Shown here piece after piece: positions 18,635 through 27,724 of a DNA stretch of 64,000 bases. The notes beneath the pieces are model-generated. The model was not told the origin of the DNA and did no database searches. It saw only the letters and a program-made list of their open reading frames with translations. Location: the IMG/VR virus record IMGVR_UViG_3300005440_000009, positions 1 to 64,000 of that record; one strand, 5' to 3'. Every line of letters begins with the position of its first letter. Positions within the stretch are counted from its first letter, which is position 1. Both the position numbers and the translations under genes were made by a program. The stretch is from a virus (Duplodnaviria > Caudoviricetes).

Positions 18635-19255
18635 TTACCGAAGTTGCTTCACGACCGCGCCGAAAAAGTCGGCGGGGATCGACGCGGTGCCGGTGGCGTT
18701 GGTGACGCGGAGTTTCACTTGCGCGTCCGTCGAGCTCGAGGGGATGAAGACCGCGCGGGTGCGACCGCCGTTGCTCGAGGCGTTGGTTTGGGTCGATGGC
18801 TTGTAGATACCGGTGATGTTTCCGAAGAGCGGCACGTTGGTGTTCGCGTCGACCCAGTCGATCGCGAGGAAGCCGGCGGCCGCGTCGCTGAAGGTGCCGA
18901 CTGCACCCCCAGCGTCGAGCTCGTAGACTTTTCCGGGGATGAGCGTGTAAACGCCGGTGTTGAAGTTGTAGGTCGCGGAGCCGCGAATGAAGATCGTGTT
19001 GTTCAGGATGACATCCGAGCCGGTCGTCAGAAGCGTCTGATCGAGACCGGCGCGCTTGGTCTCGAGGATGTCGAGATCGAGGCTCGCGCCTCCGCCGCTT
19101 CCTCCGCCGCCTCCGACGGGCGTCACGCCGAGCGCGATCAAGAGCAGGTCCACCTGATCGATCACCTCGCTGACTTTTTGCGCCCAGTTTCCAACCGGAC
19201 TCGTCAGTTGGAGCTGCGAAGAGGCTGCTTTGAGTGCGTCGCGGATGCGTCCCAT
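18635..19255 (-). CDS. spike protein: QLxSPxG anchor plus C1q/TNF-like head
   Basis: DALKAASSQLQLTSPVGNW; Gly linker; YNFNTGVYTLIPGKVYEL resembles the C1q FNxxTGxFT..PGxY motif. Confidence 0.6.
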   Translation of the reverse strand: MGRIRDALKAASSQLQLTSPVGNWAQKVSEVIDQVDLLLIALGVTPVGGGGGSGGGASLDLDILETKRAGLDQTLLTTGSDVILNNTIFIRGSATYNFNTGVYTLIPGKVYELDAGGAVGTFSDAAAGFLAIDWVDANTNVPLFGNITGIYKPSTQTNASSNGGRTRAVFIPSSSTDAQVKLRVTNATGTASIPADFFGAVVKQLR

Positions 19256-19267
19256 GGTCGTTTGCTC

Positions 19268-19489
19268 CTACCAGTTTTTTTCTTCGGCCGCTGGAACCCA
19301 TGATCCACCTGTGCCCCACGTGTTCGGGGACCAGCGCCACCAGCGCTCATACAAGTACGGCGGCGCGATCGAGCAGAAAGTCGGCCCTTCGAAGGTGCAA
19401 TTGGGCGCGAAGGTGCGGACGTAGCCCTCGACGACGTGCACCCATTTGCCGTCAATCCACTGCTCTACGAGGCGGTAAAATAGGCTCAT
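19268..19489 (-). CDS. hypothetical Trp-rich small protein
   Basis: 73 aa, fills the gap in the operon. Confidence 0.5.
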   Translation of the reverse strand: MSLFYRLVEQWIDGKWVHVVEGYVRTFAPNCTFEGPTFCSIAPPYLYERWWRWSPNTWGTGGSWVPAAEEKNW

Positions 19490-19493
19490 GTGC

Positions 19494-20309
19494 TCACCGG
19501 GTGAGGAAGATCGCCGCGGCGGCGACGGCTAGAACGGCCAGGACGATGGGAACCGCGCTCGAAGAGCCCTGACTCGAGCTCGGCGCGGGAGTCGGCGCCG
19601 GCGGCACCGGGAGGGTTTGCGCCGGGGGCGGCAAGGGCGCCGGGGTCACCGGGATCGGCGGCAGCGGCAGCGGCCATGGAAGCTCGGCTGGGTAGCCCGG
19701 TGGCCGCGCTGGGGGCCACGGAGAGCACGGCCAAGTGCCCGGGAGCAAAAGCGAGCATGCGGGGGGAGGAGTCGCCGGAAAAGCGCCGGTGGGCGGCCAA
19801 TCGAGGCCGGTCGCTTCCTTCCAGCCGGGCGGCTCCGGAACGCCCGTCCAATTTTGCGGCGGCGTGGTTTGCCCTAGATGCCCGCTTTTGAGCGTCGTGA
19901 CAGCGGCCCAGGACGCGCAGTCTTTCTGCCAAAATCCCGCATCAGTGACGAAGGAAAACGCCTTTTTCCAGTAGCCCTCACCCGCGTACCACGCCTCGAT
20001 CGTGGTCGACGTGCCTGCGGGCAAGTGGGCTTTGACCCACTCGCATGCGGCAACGCGCGGATCTTCGTTCGGTTCGAGCTCGAGGTTTCCCGAGCTCGAG
20101 AAGCCGTTGACGACGAATTGCCAGATCGGACGCCTCGGCATGAGGTCCGAGGTGCTCATCGAGAAGACTTGGGAGGGGTTCGGGAGCGAGGAGCGAACGA
20201 GCCGGGGGATGGTCGTCTGTACTTGGACGCGCGAGGCGCTCGGCGCGACGACCACGGCGGAACGCACCACTTGTGCGCTGAGAGCGCCGGACCATTTCAA
20301 GAGGGCCAT
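19494..20309 (-). CDS. Trp-motif membrane protein (Pro-rich stalk, C-terminal TM)
   Basis: MALLKWSGAL; GHLGQ; AVPIVLAVLAVAAAAIFLTR. Confidence 0.65.
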   Translation of the reverse strand: MALLKWSGALSAQVVRSAVVVAPSASRVQVQTTIPRLVRSSLPNPSQVFSMSTSDLMPRRPIWQFVVNGFSSSGNLELEPNEDPRVAACEWVKAHLPAGTSTTIEAWYAGEGYWKKAFSFVTDAGFWQKDCASWAAVTTLKSGHLGQTTPPQNWTGVPEPPGWKEATGLDWPPTGAFPATPPPACSLLLPGTWPCSPWPPARPPGYPAELPWPLPLPPIPVTPAPLPPPAQTLPVPPAPTPAPSSSQGSSSAVPIVLAVLAVAAAAIFLTR

Positions 20310-20833
20310 TAGCTTTTATCCTTGGCAGTCGCGAAGGTTTGCACGAAGAGCTCGACAGCGGCGCTCGCCGCAAGCGAGTACTTCATGAGGGTTTTCGGAT
20401 CGCGGACGCCGATGGCAGCGAGACCGATGCCGACCTCGATCGCACGGGAGACGAACGACACGAAAAGCCGGAGCCATGCGCCGGACTTTCCCGCTCGTAT
20501 TTCGTCGGCAATCTCGCCGGATGGAAGCGGCTTTTGGCCGCGGTTGATGTAGGCGAAGGTCAGGACCGAAGCTTCGATCGCGCCGCCGGCCGCGAGCGAG
20601 TATTTCACGAGGTCCGTGCCGCGCGCGCCGGCCGCTGCGAGGCCGGCTCCGATGATGAAGGACCGGCCGAAGTAGTGGAGCATCACGGCCCAGAAGGCGC
20701 CTGGCTCTTTCTCGACGAAGGCGTTGGCGCTTTCTTCTGACGGCAGCGTCACGCCCAAAAAGGCGAGATCGATCGCGCGATCGGCGACCGCGATCGCCGT
20801 CGTGTCGATTGGGGTGTTCCACCGGAGCGCCAT
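20309..20833 (-). CDS. Trp-motif polytopic membrane protein with internal duplication
   Basis: MALRW; two halves GAGLAAAG..LVKYSLAAGGAIE / GIGLAAIG..LMKYSLAASAAVE. Confidence 0.65.
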   Translation of the reverse strand: MALRWNTPIDTTAIAVADRAIDLAFLGVTLPSEESANAFVEKEPGAFWAVMLHYFGRSFIIGAGLAAAGARGTDLVKYSLAAGGAIEASVLTFAYINRGQKPLPSGEIADEIRAGKSGAWLRLFVSFVSRAIEVGIGLAAIGVRDPKTLMKYSLAASAAVELFVQTFATAKDKS

Positions 20834-20842
20834 GGCCTCATT

Positions 20843-21250
20843 CTACCTTGAATCCGGGTCCTTCCCGCTTGGGGTGCGGGATCGGTAGCCGGTTTCGGTG
20901 CGAGGGAGCCGCACAACGGGTTGCTCGCGGTCGCTCGAGGGTCGGAAGCCGCCGAGGCGCTTGATTCCGTCGATGATCGATCGGTGTTCTTCGGCGGCGC
21001 TCTCGCCGGTCTGCTCGATGGAAGCCGTCAGGCCCTGGACGGCATTGGTCAGTGCTTGCAGCGCCTTGGTGTTGTCGCCGATCTGATCGGAGAGCTCCTT
21101 CATGCGCTCGAGCGTGCCCTCGATCAGACGTTCCTGGTTTTTGGCGGAGGACTGCACGTAGATGATCGCGATTTTTCCCGCGAACCAAATCACGACGAGC
21201 AGGACACCGAGCGCGCCGAATTGCAGGAGCGTGGGATCGATCACGTTCAC
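20843..21250 (-). CDS. holin-like single-TM coiled-coil protein
   Basis: LLQFGALGVLLVVIWFAG then heptads; next to the endolysin; GTG at 21250 by overlap. Confidence 0.5.
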   Translation of the reverse strand: MNVIDPTLLQFGALGVLLVVIWFAGKIAIIYVQSSAKNQERLIEGTLERMKELSDQIGDNTKALQALTNAVQGLTASIEQTGESAAEEHRSIIDGIKRLGGFRPSSDREQPVVRLPRTETGYRSRTPSGKDPDSR

Positions 21251-21636
21251 GGAATCACTTCTCCGTTCGTAATGTGACCGTGCCAGCAAGACGGCGTACC
21301 GACGTCGATCGACGGGGAGATCGACAAGTCGTCCAAACCGTTTCCGCTCATCTCCCAGCGCGGGCGCTGCGATGAATCATTCTTCGAGTGCGGTCCATGC
21401 TCCGATGGTAGTTCCGGAGCATTTCTCGGATTTCGAAAAGGCACCAGCACTGCGTGCGGGCGCCCGCCGTCGAGGGGAAACTCCGGCTTGCCGTAGCCGC
21501 AAGGGCACCAGAGCTGGAGTCCCTGCGCGCCCTCGATCTGATCTCCTTGGCGAGTATGCGTCATGCGTCCTTGCTCGTCTGCGCGCACGTTCCCGTAGAA
21601 CTTCGCCTCGAACCAGGGCTCAGTTAAGCGTGGCAT
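21247..21636 (-). CDS. DUF6527-like protein
   Basis: WCPCG...W..SG....LSISPSI....CWHGHITNGE. Confidence 0.65.
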   Translation of the reverse strand: MPRLTEPWFEAKFYGNVRADEQGRMTHTRQGDQIEGAQGLQLWCPCGYGKPEFPLDGGRPHAVLVPFRNPRNAPELPSEHGPHSKNDSSQRPRWEMSGNGLDDLSISPSIDVGTPSCWHGHITNGEVIP

Positions 21637-21662
21637 TCAGCGACTCTCCCACCACGTATCAG

Positions 21663-22442
21663 TCATGCGGCCAGCTTTTGCTTCGCGATCGCGAGCTCGG
21701 CCTCTTGGATCGCGTGCCAGGTGTCCATGCCGACGACGCCGTCGGGCTGTAGACCGTGATAGGCGATCTGGAACGCCTTGACCTTGGCGGCAGTCTTACT
21801 CCCGTACCAGCCGTCGTCGTCGATGCCCACGATGCGCTGGACGCGCTTGACGTCCTCGCCGCGACTCGGGATCGGGACGAGCCACGACCACTTCAGCACG
21901 CGCGCGAGCGGATCGAAGCCGTCGGGCATCTTTTCGCTGAGTGCGACCGCGGCGCGATTGACCGCCGAGCGGAGAGCCGCGTAGTGATGCGCGACGCGCT
22001 GCGCCTTGGTGGCGCCGAAACCCCGATAGTAGTTGGTGTCGTAAAGGGCTTCGCTCACCGCATACAGATCGCCGGTTTTGGCAGCCTCGAGCACCGAGGG
22101 GCGCTTCACGTACATCACGCGCACGAGGTCGGCCCAGCCGAGCTCGGGGGTTGCGTAGCGTCGGAAGCACACCTGATAGGGCACGTTCGTGCCGGTGTTG
22201 GTCGGGTTGGTGTCCGTGTAGAGAAAACTCGTTGCCGGATTGCAAGGTGGATTGCCAGCCTGGATCGCGCCGATGTTGTTCGAGCCCGCGCCGTCGCCGT
22301 GCCAGCCGGCGCCGTAATCGGTCTCGAGCCAGCCGACGCCTTGGCAGGCTTGCAAAACAGCGCGCAGCGGCTCAGCCTGGACGCCGAAGTTTTTTTCGTA
22401 GCCGCGCGTGGTGTAGAGGCGCGCGTCTTTGTGCGTCGTCAT
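21663..22442 (-). CDS. endolysin: lysozyme-like domain plus peptidoglycan-binding domain
   Basis: GWLETDYG..NNIGAIQ..FRRYATPELG; C-terminal VKRVQRIVG..DDGWYGSKT..VKAFQ..LQPDGVVGMDTW. Confidence 0.8.
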   Translation of the reverse strand: MTTHKDARLYTTRGYEKNFGVQAEPLRAVLQACQGVGWLETDYGAGWHGDGAGSNNIGAIQAGNPPCNPATSFLYTDTNPTNTGTNVPYQVCFRRYATPELGWADLVRVMYVKRPSVLEAAKTGDLYAVSEALYDTNYYRGFGATKAQRVAHHYAALRSAVNRAAVALSEKMPDGFDPLARVLKWSWLVPIPSRGEDVKRVQRIVGIDDDGWYGSKTAAKVKAFQIAYHGLQPDGVVGMDTWHAIQEAELAIAKQKLAA

Positions 22443-22582
22443 CGAGCCCTCCTTGCCATTTGCCAAAACAGCGCGATGAAGCCCACGACCAAAACGGCAC
22501 CGATGAAGGTCAAGCGCTCAGAGCGCGGCAGCCGATCGAATGGCAAGCCCAGCGTCATCGGTTTTTCCCAGCGGAGTATCAT
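22439..22582 (-). CDS. 47-aa Trp-motif membrane microprotein (below track cutoff)
   Basis: hand-translated MILRWEKPMTLGLPFDRLPRSERLTFIGAVLVVGFIALFWQMARRAR; ATGA overlaps at both ends. Confidence 0.75.
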   Translation of the reverse strand: MILRWEKPMTLGLPFDRLPRSERLTFIGAVLVVGFIALFWQMARRAR

Positions 22583-22830
22583 CCTCCGATTGGCTTCATT
22601 TGCAGCCACTCACCCGCGGCTTTCTTGTTCGCTATCTCGAAAGAAGCCGCCTCGAAGGCGCGCACCCAAACGGCCGGATCAGTGACCTTGCCGCTGGTTA
22701 GCGCGAAGTCGAGCGCGCTTTGAAGGATCGGCATGATCGTGTCGGCGACCAGCGGCTCCTGCTCGGCGAGGATCAACAAGCGATTGACCAGGCCGAGGTA
22801 GTTTTCCGGAATAGGGACGGGGACGTTCAT
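22579..22830 (-). CDS. hypothetical protein
   Basis: MNVPVPIPEN, ATG at 22830 with ATGA overlap. Confidence 0.55.
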   Translation of the reverse strand: MNVPVPIPENYLGLVNRLLILAEQEPLVADTIMPILQSALDFALTSGKVTDPAVWVRAFEAASFEIANKKAAGEWLQMKPIGG

Positions 22831-23045
22831 TTTTGGCACCTCACCCACTGCTTGAGCCGGTCGTGAAACTCGGCGTCGATTTCCTTCTTGGCTTCGCAGC
22901 GGTCGTCTTGGCCTTGGCATTTCTCGGCGAGGCTCGCGTGATACCACGCGCCGATCGCGGCCATGTCTTCGACCGAGCACGCTTCGTTGTGGACCGAAGC
23001 GCACGCGGAGGCGGCCATCGCTAGGAGCCCGATGAGGGCATGCGC
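22827..23045 (-). CDS. probable small lipoprotein (spanin-like); start unresolved
   Basis: ALIGLLAMAASA-C lipobox and paired Cys; no convincing in-frame start just before the signal. Confidence 0.4.
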   Translation of the reverse strand, partial: AHALIGLLAMAASACASVHNEACSVEDMAAIGAWYHASLAEKCQGQDDRCEAKKEIDAEFHDRLKQWVRCQK

Positions 23046-23311
23046 ACGCGATCGGTTAGAATTTTTATCTTTACCTGGACAGCGACGAAGCCGATCCGGA
23101 GACCGACATGCGGATCGCCGATCAGATAGGTCACTTGGACGTAGCAGGTCGGCCCCGTGTACTCGCCCACGTTCGAGGACCACTCCCGGAGCTTCAGGAT
23201 GTCGCCGAGGGCAATCGGCGGGTCCGCTTCGCAGATCAGGAAGTGGAGACGCTTCTCCGCGATCGCCCGATAGGTCGGGACCTGGAGTTTGATTTCTCGA
23301 AATGCGCTCAT
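23021..23311 (-). CDS. DUF3850 / ASCH-like protein
   Basis: GDILKLREW....GEYTG...VQVTYL. Confidence 0.7.
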   Translation of the reverse strand: MSAFREIKLQVPTYRAIAEKRLHFLICEADPPIALGDILKLREWSSNVGEYTGPTCYVQVTYLIGDPHVGLRIGFVAVQVKIKILTDRVRMPSSGS

Positions 23312-24000
23312 GCGGCACGACTCACCACTTTCGTTAGCACGTAGACCGCGCCAGCCGCCAAGGCCACCAGGGCGATCGCTCCTCCGGCGCTCGCTCCTTG
23401 GGCAACACCCGAAGAGCCGCCGCCGCTCGGCATCGGCTCGTTTCGCGCTTTGGTGATCGCCTGAAGGTTCTTGGTCATGGCGGCGATGTGTTTGCTCAGC
23501 GCGAGCTCGAAGTAGTGCGACTCGCGCATCACTTTGGAGAAATTCGCGATGTCGCCCACGTTGGCTGCCGCGAGCACTTTCGGACGCTGCTTGTAGAGCA
23601 CCTGGATGAAGTGCGTGAAGCCCTCATCGGGCGAGCCGTACTTACGGAAGCAAGCCTGGTAGGCCGTGCTTCCGTGCTCGGGACCGCGATGATCGGTCGC
23701 CTCGAAGCAGTTGCTCGAGCAGGGCGGCAGACCGCACTGCACTGCGCCCATGTTCCAGGTGTTGCAAGTGGTCGTGCCAGCGGGGATGTTTTTGTAGCAG
23801 GCTTGTCCGTAGTAGGACTCGCCGCGCGAAACGGCTTGCGCGAATTGGGCCTCTAGTAACGTCGGCGCTCGGCCGAAAACGACCTTGAACGCGTTTTCGA
23901 TGAAGGTGCGTGCGGAAACGTCGCTTATTTGTGCCGCACCGAGGCCGACTTGGCTCGCGCCAAGCACTCTCACCTCACCGAGCCAAAGAAGCTTGGACAT
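23308..24000 (-). CDS. membrane-anchored muramidase-like protein (candidate entry lysin)
   Basis: catalytic region aligns with the endolysin (GESYYG, NMGAVQCG, FRKYGSPDEG); MSKLLWLG start; C-terminal TM. Confidence 0.7.
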   Translation of the reverse strand: MSKLLWLGEVRVLGASQVGLGAAQISDVSARTFIENAFKVVFGRAPTLLEAQFAQAVSRGESYYGQACYKNIPAGTTTCNTWNMGAVQCGLPPCSSNCFEATDHRGPEHGSTAYQACFRKYGSPDEGFTHFIQVLYKQRPKVLAAANVGDIANFSKVMRESHYFELALSKHIAAMTKNLQAITKARNEPMPSGGGSSGVAQGASAGGAIALVALAAGAVYVLTKVVSRAA

Positions 24001-25667
24001 CAGCGTCTCCGGGAACGTTTCTTGCGCTTCTGTGCAGAGCGTCCAATGGATGCGTACCGCACATGCACCTGATGCTCCTGTTTCACCGGTCCTTGACCTA
24101 GATCGCGCACGCCTTCGCCATTTCGCCGATGCAGTTTCCGCGCGATAAAGTTGAATGCCGCTTTCTGGGATGGCGCGTGCGACACGCGATAGACGGTTCC
24201 GTCATGCTTGTCGTAAACAAAGAAGACGCCAGTGTCGTGGAGGCGATCGATTTCTTCGATTGAGTAGACGTTTTGCTGACCTTCGGCGGCTGTGTCGATC
24301 GGACTCTTTTTGAACCAACCGGACCAGAAGGCGTTCTCGTTGCTCGGATTCGAACGTGCCGCTGGTCGCTTCGGCGTGGCCGCTGTAGCACCGCCACTTC
24401 CGCCACCGAATATCGCCGCGCCGAGACCGAGGAGCGCGAGCGCCCCGACCGCAATCAGGATGCCAGTGTTTCCGCCACCTTCCGAGCTCGGGGGCGTTCC
24501 CCCGCCCGGGATCGGAGTCGGAGGGATCGGCAGGGGCGTCACGACGCAGAGCTTGCTCACCGGATCCCAATGGAAGCCGGGATCGCACTGCGTGACGTCG
24601 CTCGGATTTCCCGGAACGGGAGTCGGCACGCGCGGAAGCGGCACTTGCGGAGTCGGCGCCGACGGAACTGGAGCGGATGGCGCGGGCGCGCTCGGAAAAC
24701 CGGGGTTCGGGAGCTGGCCCGGGACGATCGTGATGCCTTTGGCCTGCGCCCAGACTTTCAACGAGTAAAGGCCCTGCGTCGTCAGGTCTTGCCACGCGAT
24801 TTCGTTTTTCGTGGTCGGATTCGGGAGCGGCGGCGCCCAGCCGGATTTATTCCACCAGTTGTAAAAGTTCGCGAGGGTCCAGCCGTCGCGATCGCCCCAA
24901 ACGAGCGAGATGTCGGCCGGCTGAAGACCATAGCTGCCGATCGAGTTATTTCCGTCCGTTCCGTTCCATGCGGCGAGAATCGCCTTGGCCATCGCGACGT
25001 CGGCGTCCGGAAGGGCTCCTAGCGTGCCTGGCACACCCCGCACGAACGTGGGCGGGCGGTAGCCGCTCGGCACCGTCATGGGGGCCACGGTCGTCACCGG
25101 CTGGCGGTAGCCGCGCGGGGTCGTGGTCGAGAACGTCTTCGTCTGCCCAGAGAAGTCTGCCGGACCTGGAACGTACGGTGCGACGCACCCGAAGCTGCCG
25201 TCGGGGTGGACGATCTTTACGTAATTAGGAGGGCAGGTCGTCTTGATCTGCGTGCCGGTCTTGGTGATCTCGGTGACCGTGTTCCCGTCAAAGCACCAAT
25301 ACTTTTCCTTGAAAGGGCCATCTCCGACCACTTCAACAGCGCACACCTTGATTGGTTTTGAGATTTTTTTCGCCCACTCTTGGTACAGCATTTTTAGGTG
25401 CTGCATGCCGACCCAGCGAAGAGCTGTCAAAGTGAACCCACCGGGAGGTTCCCAAATCCCGTGTTGTGGAAAGGATTCTTGGTAATAGCGATTTAACGGA
25501 GACGGATCCCCAGATTGCTCCGGAAAAGCCGTGCTCTGATCCAGCACGCTGATAAACCAACGCCCGCTCGTGTTCCACCACTGCCACTCGGCTGGCGTCA
25601 TGCCGATTTGTCCCGGCGCGCCGAGCACTTGGACCTTCTCTTCTAGCCATCGCATCGACATGGACAT
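24000..25667 (-). CDS. Trp-motif multidomain membrane protein with basic tail
   Basis: ATG at 25667 (TGATG); MRWLEEKVQVLGA; Pro stalk, TM, RSNP, ends KRKKRSRRR. Confidence 0.65.
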   Translation of the reverse strand: MSMSMRWLEEKVQVLGAPGQIGMTPAEWQWWNTSGRWFISVLDQSTAFPEQSGDPSPLNRYYQESFPQHGIWEPPGGFTLTALRWVGMQHLKMLYQEWAKKISKPIKVCAVEVVGDGPFKEKYWCFDGNTVTEITKTGTQIKTTCPPNYVKIVHPDGSFGCVAPYVPGPADFSGQTKTFSTTTPRGYRQPVTTVAPMTVPSGYRPPTFVRGVPGTLGALPDADVAMAKAILAAWNGTDGNNSIGSYGLQPADISLVWGDRDGWTLANFYNWWNKSGWAPPLPNPTTKNEIAWQDLTTQGLYSLKVWAQAKGITIVPGQLPNPGFPSAPAPSAPVPSAPTPQVPLPRVPTPVPGNPSDVTQCDPGFHWDPVSKLCVVTPLPIPPTPIPGGGTPPSSEGGGNTGILIAVGALALLGLGAAIFGGGSGGATAATPKRPAARSNPSNENAFWSGWFKKSPIDTAAEGQQNVYSIEEIDRLHDTGVFFVYDKHDGTVYRVSHAPSQKAAFNFIARKLHRRNGEGVRDLGQGPVKQEHQVHVRYASIGRSAQKRKKRSRRR

Positions 25668-26374
25668 CACCTCAAGAGCAGGGCAGCAAGCCCGAGCACC
25701 GCGCCGACGATCGCAAGTACGCCGACCGCTCCAATGCCCTCCGAGCTCGACGGAACTGACTGGATCGGCGCGGGCGGACTCGGAAGCGGCGGGATCGGAA
25801 CGGGCAATTCTGCTTCGGGACTCGGTCCGCACTGCTTAACGCACGCGACCAACGCAGTGGGGTCCGTCGCGTGCGCGGACAAGCACGCGGACTGGCACGC
25901 GGCGTAGGTCGCTGAATATGACGGCTGCGGCTGCGTTCTGGGGCCGCACGCCGCGAGGCATGCGCCGAGACTTGGCAGATCGCCCGCGTACTTCTGCTGG
26001 CACGCGAGCGCGCAATTGAGCGGAGGCGCGGGGCTCTGACCGGGATTGATGACGCCCTTTTCCACGCCCCATTGCAGAAGCGCCTGGAGATGCTCGGGCT
26101 TTAGATCGATCCATGTATACGAGCCGGGCGCGGGGAAGACCGCGGGCTGCTTATTGTTGGCCTTCCACCAATTGGCGAAGCAGGCGAGCGCGTTTCCATC
26201 GCGCGTTTTCCACGTGGTCGGATCTACGTCGTCCGGCTCGAGGCCGTAGCCGTTCACGCAATTTTGGCCGTCGGTCGTGTTGAATGACGCGAGCAAAGCT
26301 TTGGCTTGCGCGTTCGAGGCGGGGTCGAGCGCGCCGAGGAAGTCCACTTTCTTTTCGAGCCAACGCATCGCCAT
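25667..26374 (-). CDS. Trp-motif membrane protein with CX3C modules
   Basis: MAMRWLEKKVDFLGA; domain paralogous to ORF 24000; C-terminal TM. Confidence 0.65.
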   Translation of the reverse strand: MAMRWLEKKVDFLGALDPASNAQAKALLASFNTTDGQNCVNGYGLEPDDVDPTTWKTRDGNALACFANWWKANNKQPAVFPAPGSYTWIDLKPEHLQALLQWGVEKGVINPGQSPAPPLNCALACQQKYAGDLPSLGACLAACGPRTQPQPSYSATYAACQSACLSAHATDPTALVACVKQCGPSPEAELPVPIPPLPSPPAPIQSVPSSSEGIGAVGVLAIVGAVLGLAALLLR

Positions 26375-26386
26375 TTCGCGAATCCT

Positions 26387-26761
26387 TTAGCAGTACAAAG
26401 CATTGTAGGTAGCGGGGACTAAATCACCGACGATGTAGGAATAGGCTTCCGCGTATCGCTTCCATCCGGTCTTCGACCAATACCAAATCAGTTCGTAACG
26501 CCACGGCGGATTCTTTGCGACGACGTCGGGCGCCTCTGGCCAACCACCGCCGAACGCGGCCATGATGCCGACGTAAGGCCCTTTATCGCGAACTTTGTAC
26601 CAGCCCTTTGATCCCAAATCCCACTGCCACAGTTGGGAATAAAACCAGGCGACGAACGTGACGCCTGGATAGGGCGACGGAGCAAAGACGACGTCGCTCG
26701 GTTCATTTCCGCAGGTTTTCCCAAGCCAGCGCGGGACGATGCTTTCGATGGGATGATTCAT
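26387..26761 (-). CDS. aromatic-rich hypothetical protein
   Basis: 124 aa, in operon. Confidence 0.55.
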   Translation of the reverse strand: MNHPIESIVPRWLGKTCGNEPSDVVFAPSPYPGVTFVAWFYSQLWQWDLGSKGWYKVRDKGPYVGIMAAFGGGWPEAPDVVAKNPPWRYELIWYWSKTGWKRYAEAYSYIVGDLVPATYNALYC

Positions 26762-26768
26762 GGGCTAA

Positions 26769-27356
26769 TCACCGTGAGAGAAACAGGGCGGCGAGACCAA
26801 CCGCCACCGCAACCACTACGAGAGCAACGCCGCCGCCGACGGCCGCGGGCGTGGTCGCCACGAGTGGAGTGGTCGACGGTTTTTTGGTCGCCGGAGGTGA
26901 GTTCTTGACTGTTGAGCTTGCCGTGACAGCGGCGACGATGCCGCACTTCTTCAAGCAATCTCGTGCCGCTATTTTGAGCGCCTCTTCATCGGTTCCGAAG
27001 GATTCTTGAGCGTACGCGTCCATGCACTTCTTGATGCACGGGCTCAGCAGGACCCCGGCTTTTTTCATTTCTTTCGTTGTCGTCAACGGATTGCAGGGCC
27101 AACCAGTTGGCGGGAACTTGCAGGGGGGCAGAATTCCTTGGTTGCACATTTCGATCATGCACTGATTTTGACAGGGCGTGATCAGGACTGCTCCGTAGCC
27201 CGTGATGCCTGCCGCATAGCAAAGCTGGTTACAAGCGTCTTGATTGTAGAGGTCCGCCAGGCACTCAGCGGACGTCGTCTCTTCGAACAACCCGAGACGA
27301 CCGCTCCACTTCACCGAGGAACGCGGGCCGACCTGGCCGCGCCAAGCTACGATCAC
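26769..27356 (-). CDS. Trp-motif Cys-rich membrane protein
   Basis: GTG at 27356 (GTGA overlap): VIVAWRGQV..GRLGL; CX3C pairs; C-terminal TM. Confidence 0.65.
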   Translation of the reverse strand: MIVAWRGQVGPRSSVKWSGRLGLFEETTSAECLADLYNQDACNQLCYAAGITGYGAVLITPCQNQCMIEMCNQGILPPCKFPPTGWPCNPLTTTKEMKKAGVLLSPCIKKCMDAYAQESFGTDEEALKIAARDCLKKCGIVAAVTASSTVKNSPPATKKPSTTPLVATTPAAVGGGVALVVVAVAVGLAALFLSR

Positions 27357-27724
27357 GGGTTTGCTCTCATGTGCCCGCGTCCGCCCGCGAACATGATCGC
27401 CGCGGCGACCGCGAGCGCACCGCCCAGCAACCAAACGATCACGGGCACGCCGGACGAGGCCGACGAGCTCGCGGGAGCCGGTGCCGGCGCGGGGGTCGGG
27501 GGCGGGGTCGGCACGGGGACCGGAATGCCGGCGTTGATGACTTCGCCGATTTTCGCGGGGAGCTCCGCCGGGGTGAGGCCGCACGCTTTCAGGCACGGCT
27601 CGATGCACGTGAGGAACGGGCGGGCGTTGGCGCACGATTGCGCGCACAGCGCCTCGCAGTTCGAGAGGGCGCCGAGGCGCCCGTTCGGGCGGAGGGCGAC
27701 TTGTCCGGACCAGGATTGGATCAC
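27353..27724 (-). CDS. Trp-motif Cys-rich membrane protein
   Basis: MIQSWSGQV..GRLGA; CEALCAQSC..CIEPCLKAC; TM; ends RANP. Confidence 0.65.
   Translation of the reverse strand: MIQSWSGQVALRPNGRLGALSNCEALCAQSCANARPFLTCIEPCLKACGLTPAELPAKIGEVINAGIPVPVPTPPPTPAPAPAPASSSASSGVPVIVWLLGGALAVAAAIMFAGGRGHMRANP

Noticed and set aside
17463-19340. 625-aa minus-strand ORF and similar long alternate or antisense ORFs (e.g. 27006-28121, 30571-31953, 32602-33924, 38366-40360)
   Set aside because: Arg/Ala/Pro-rich shadow frames overlapping better genes; expected in GC-rich DNA
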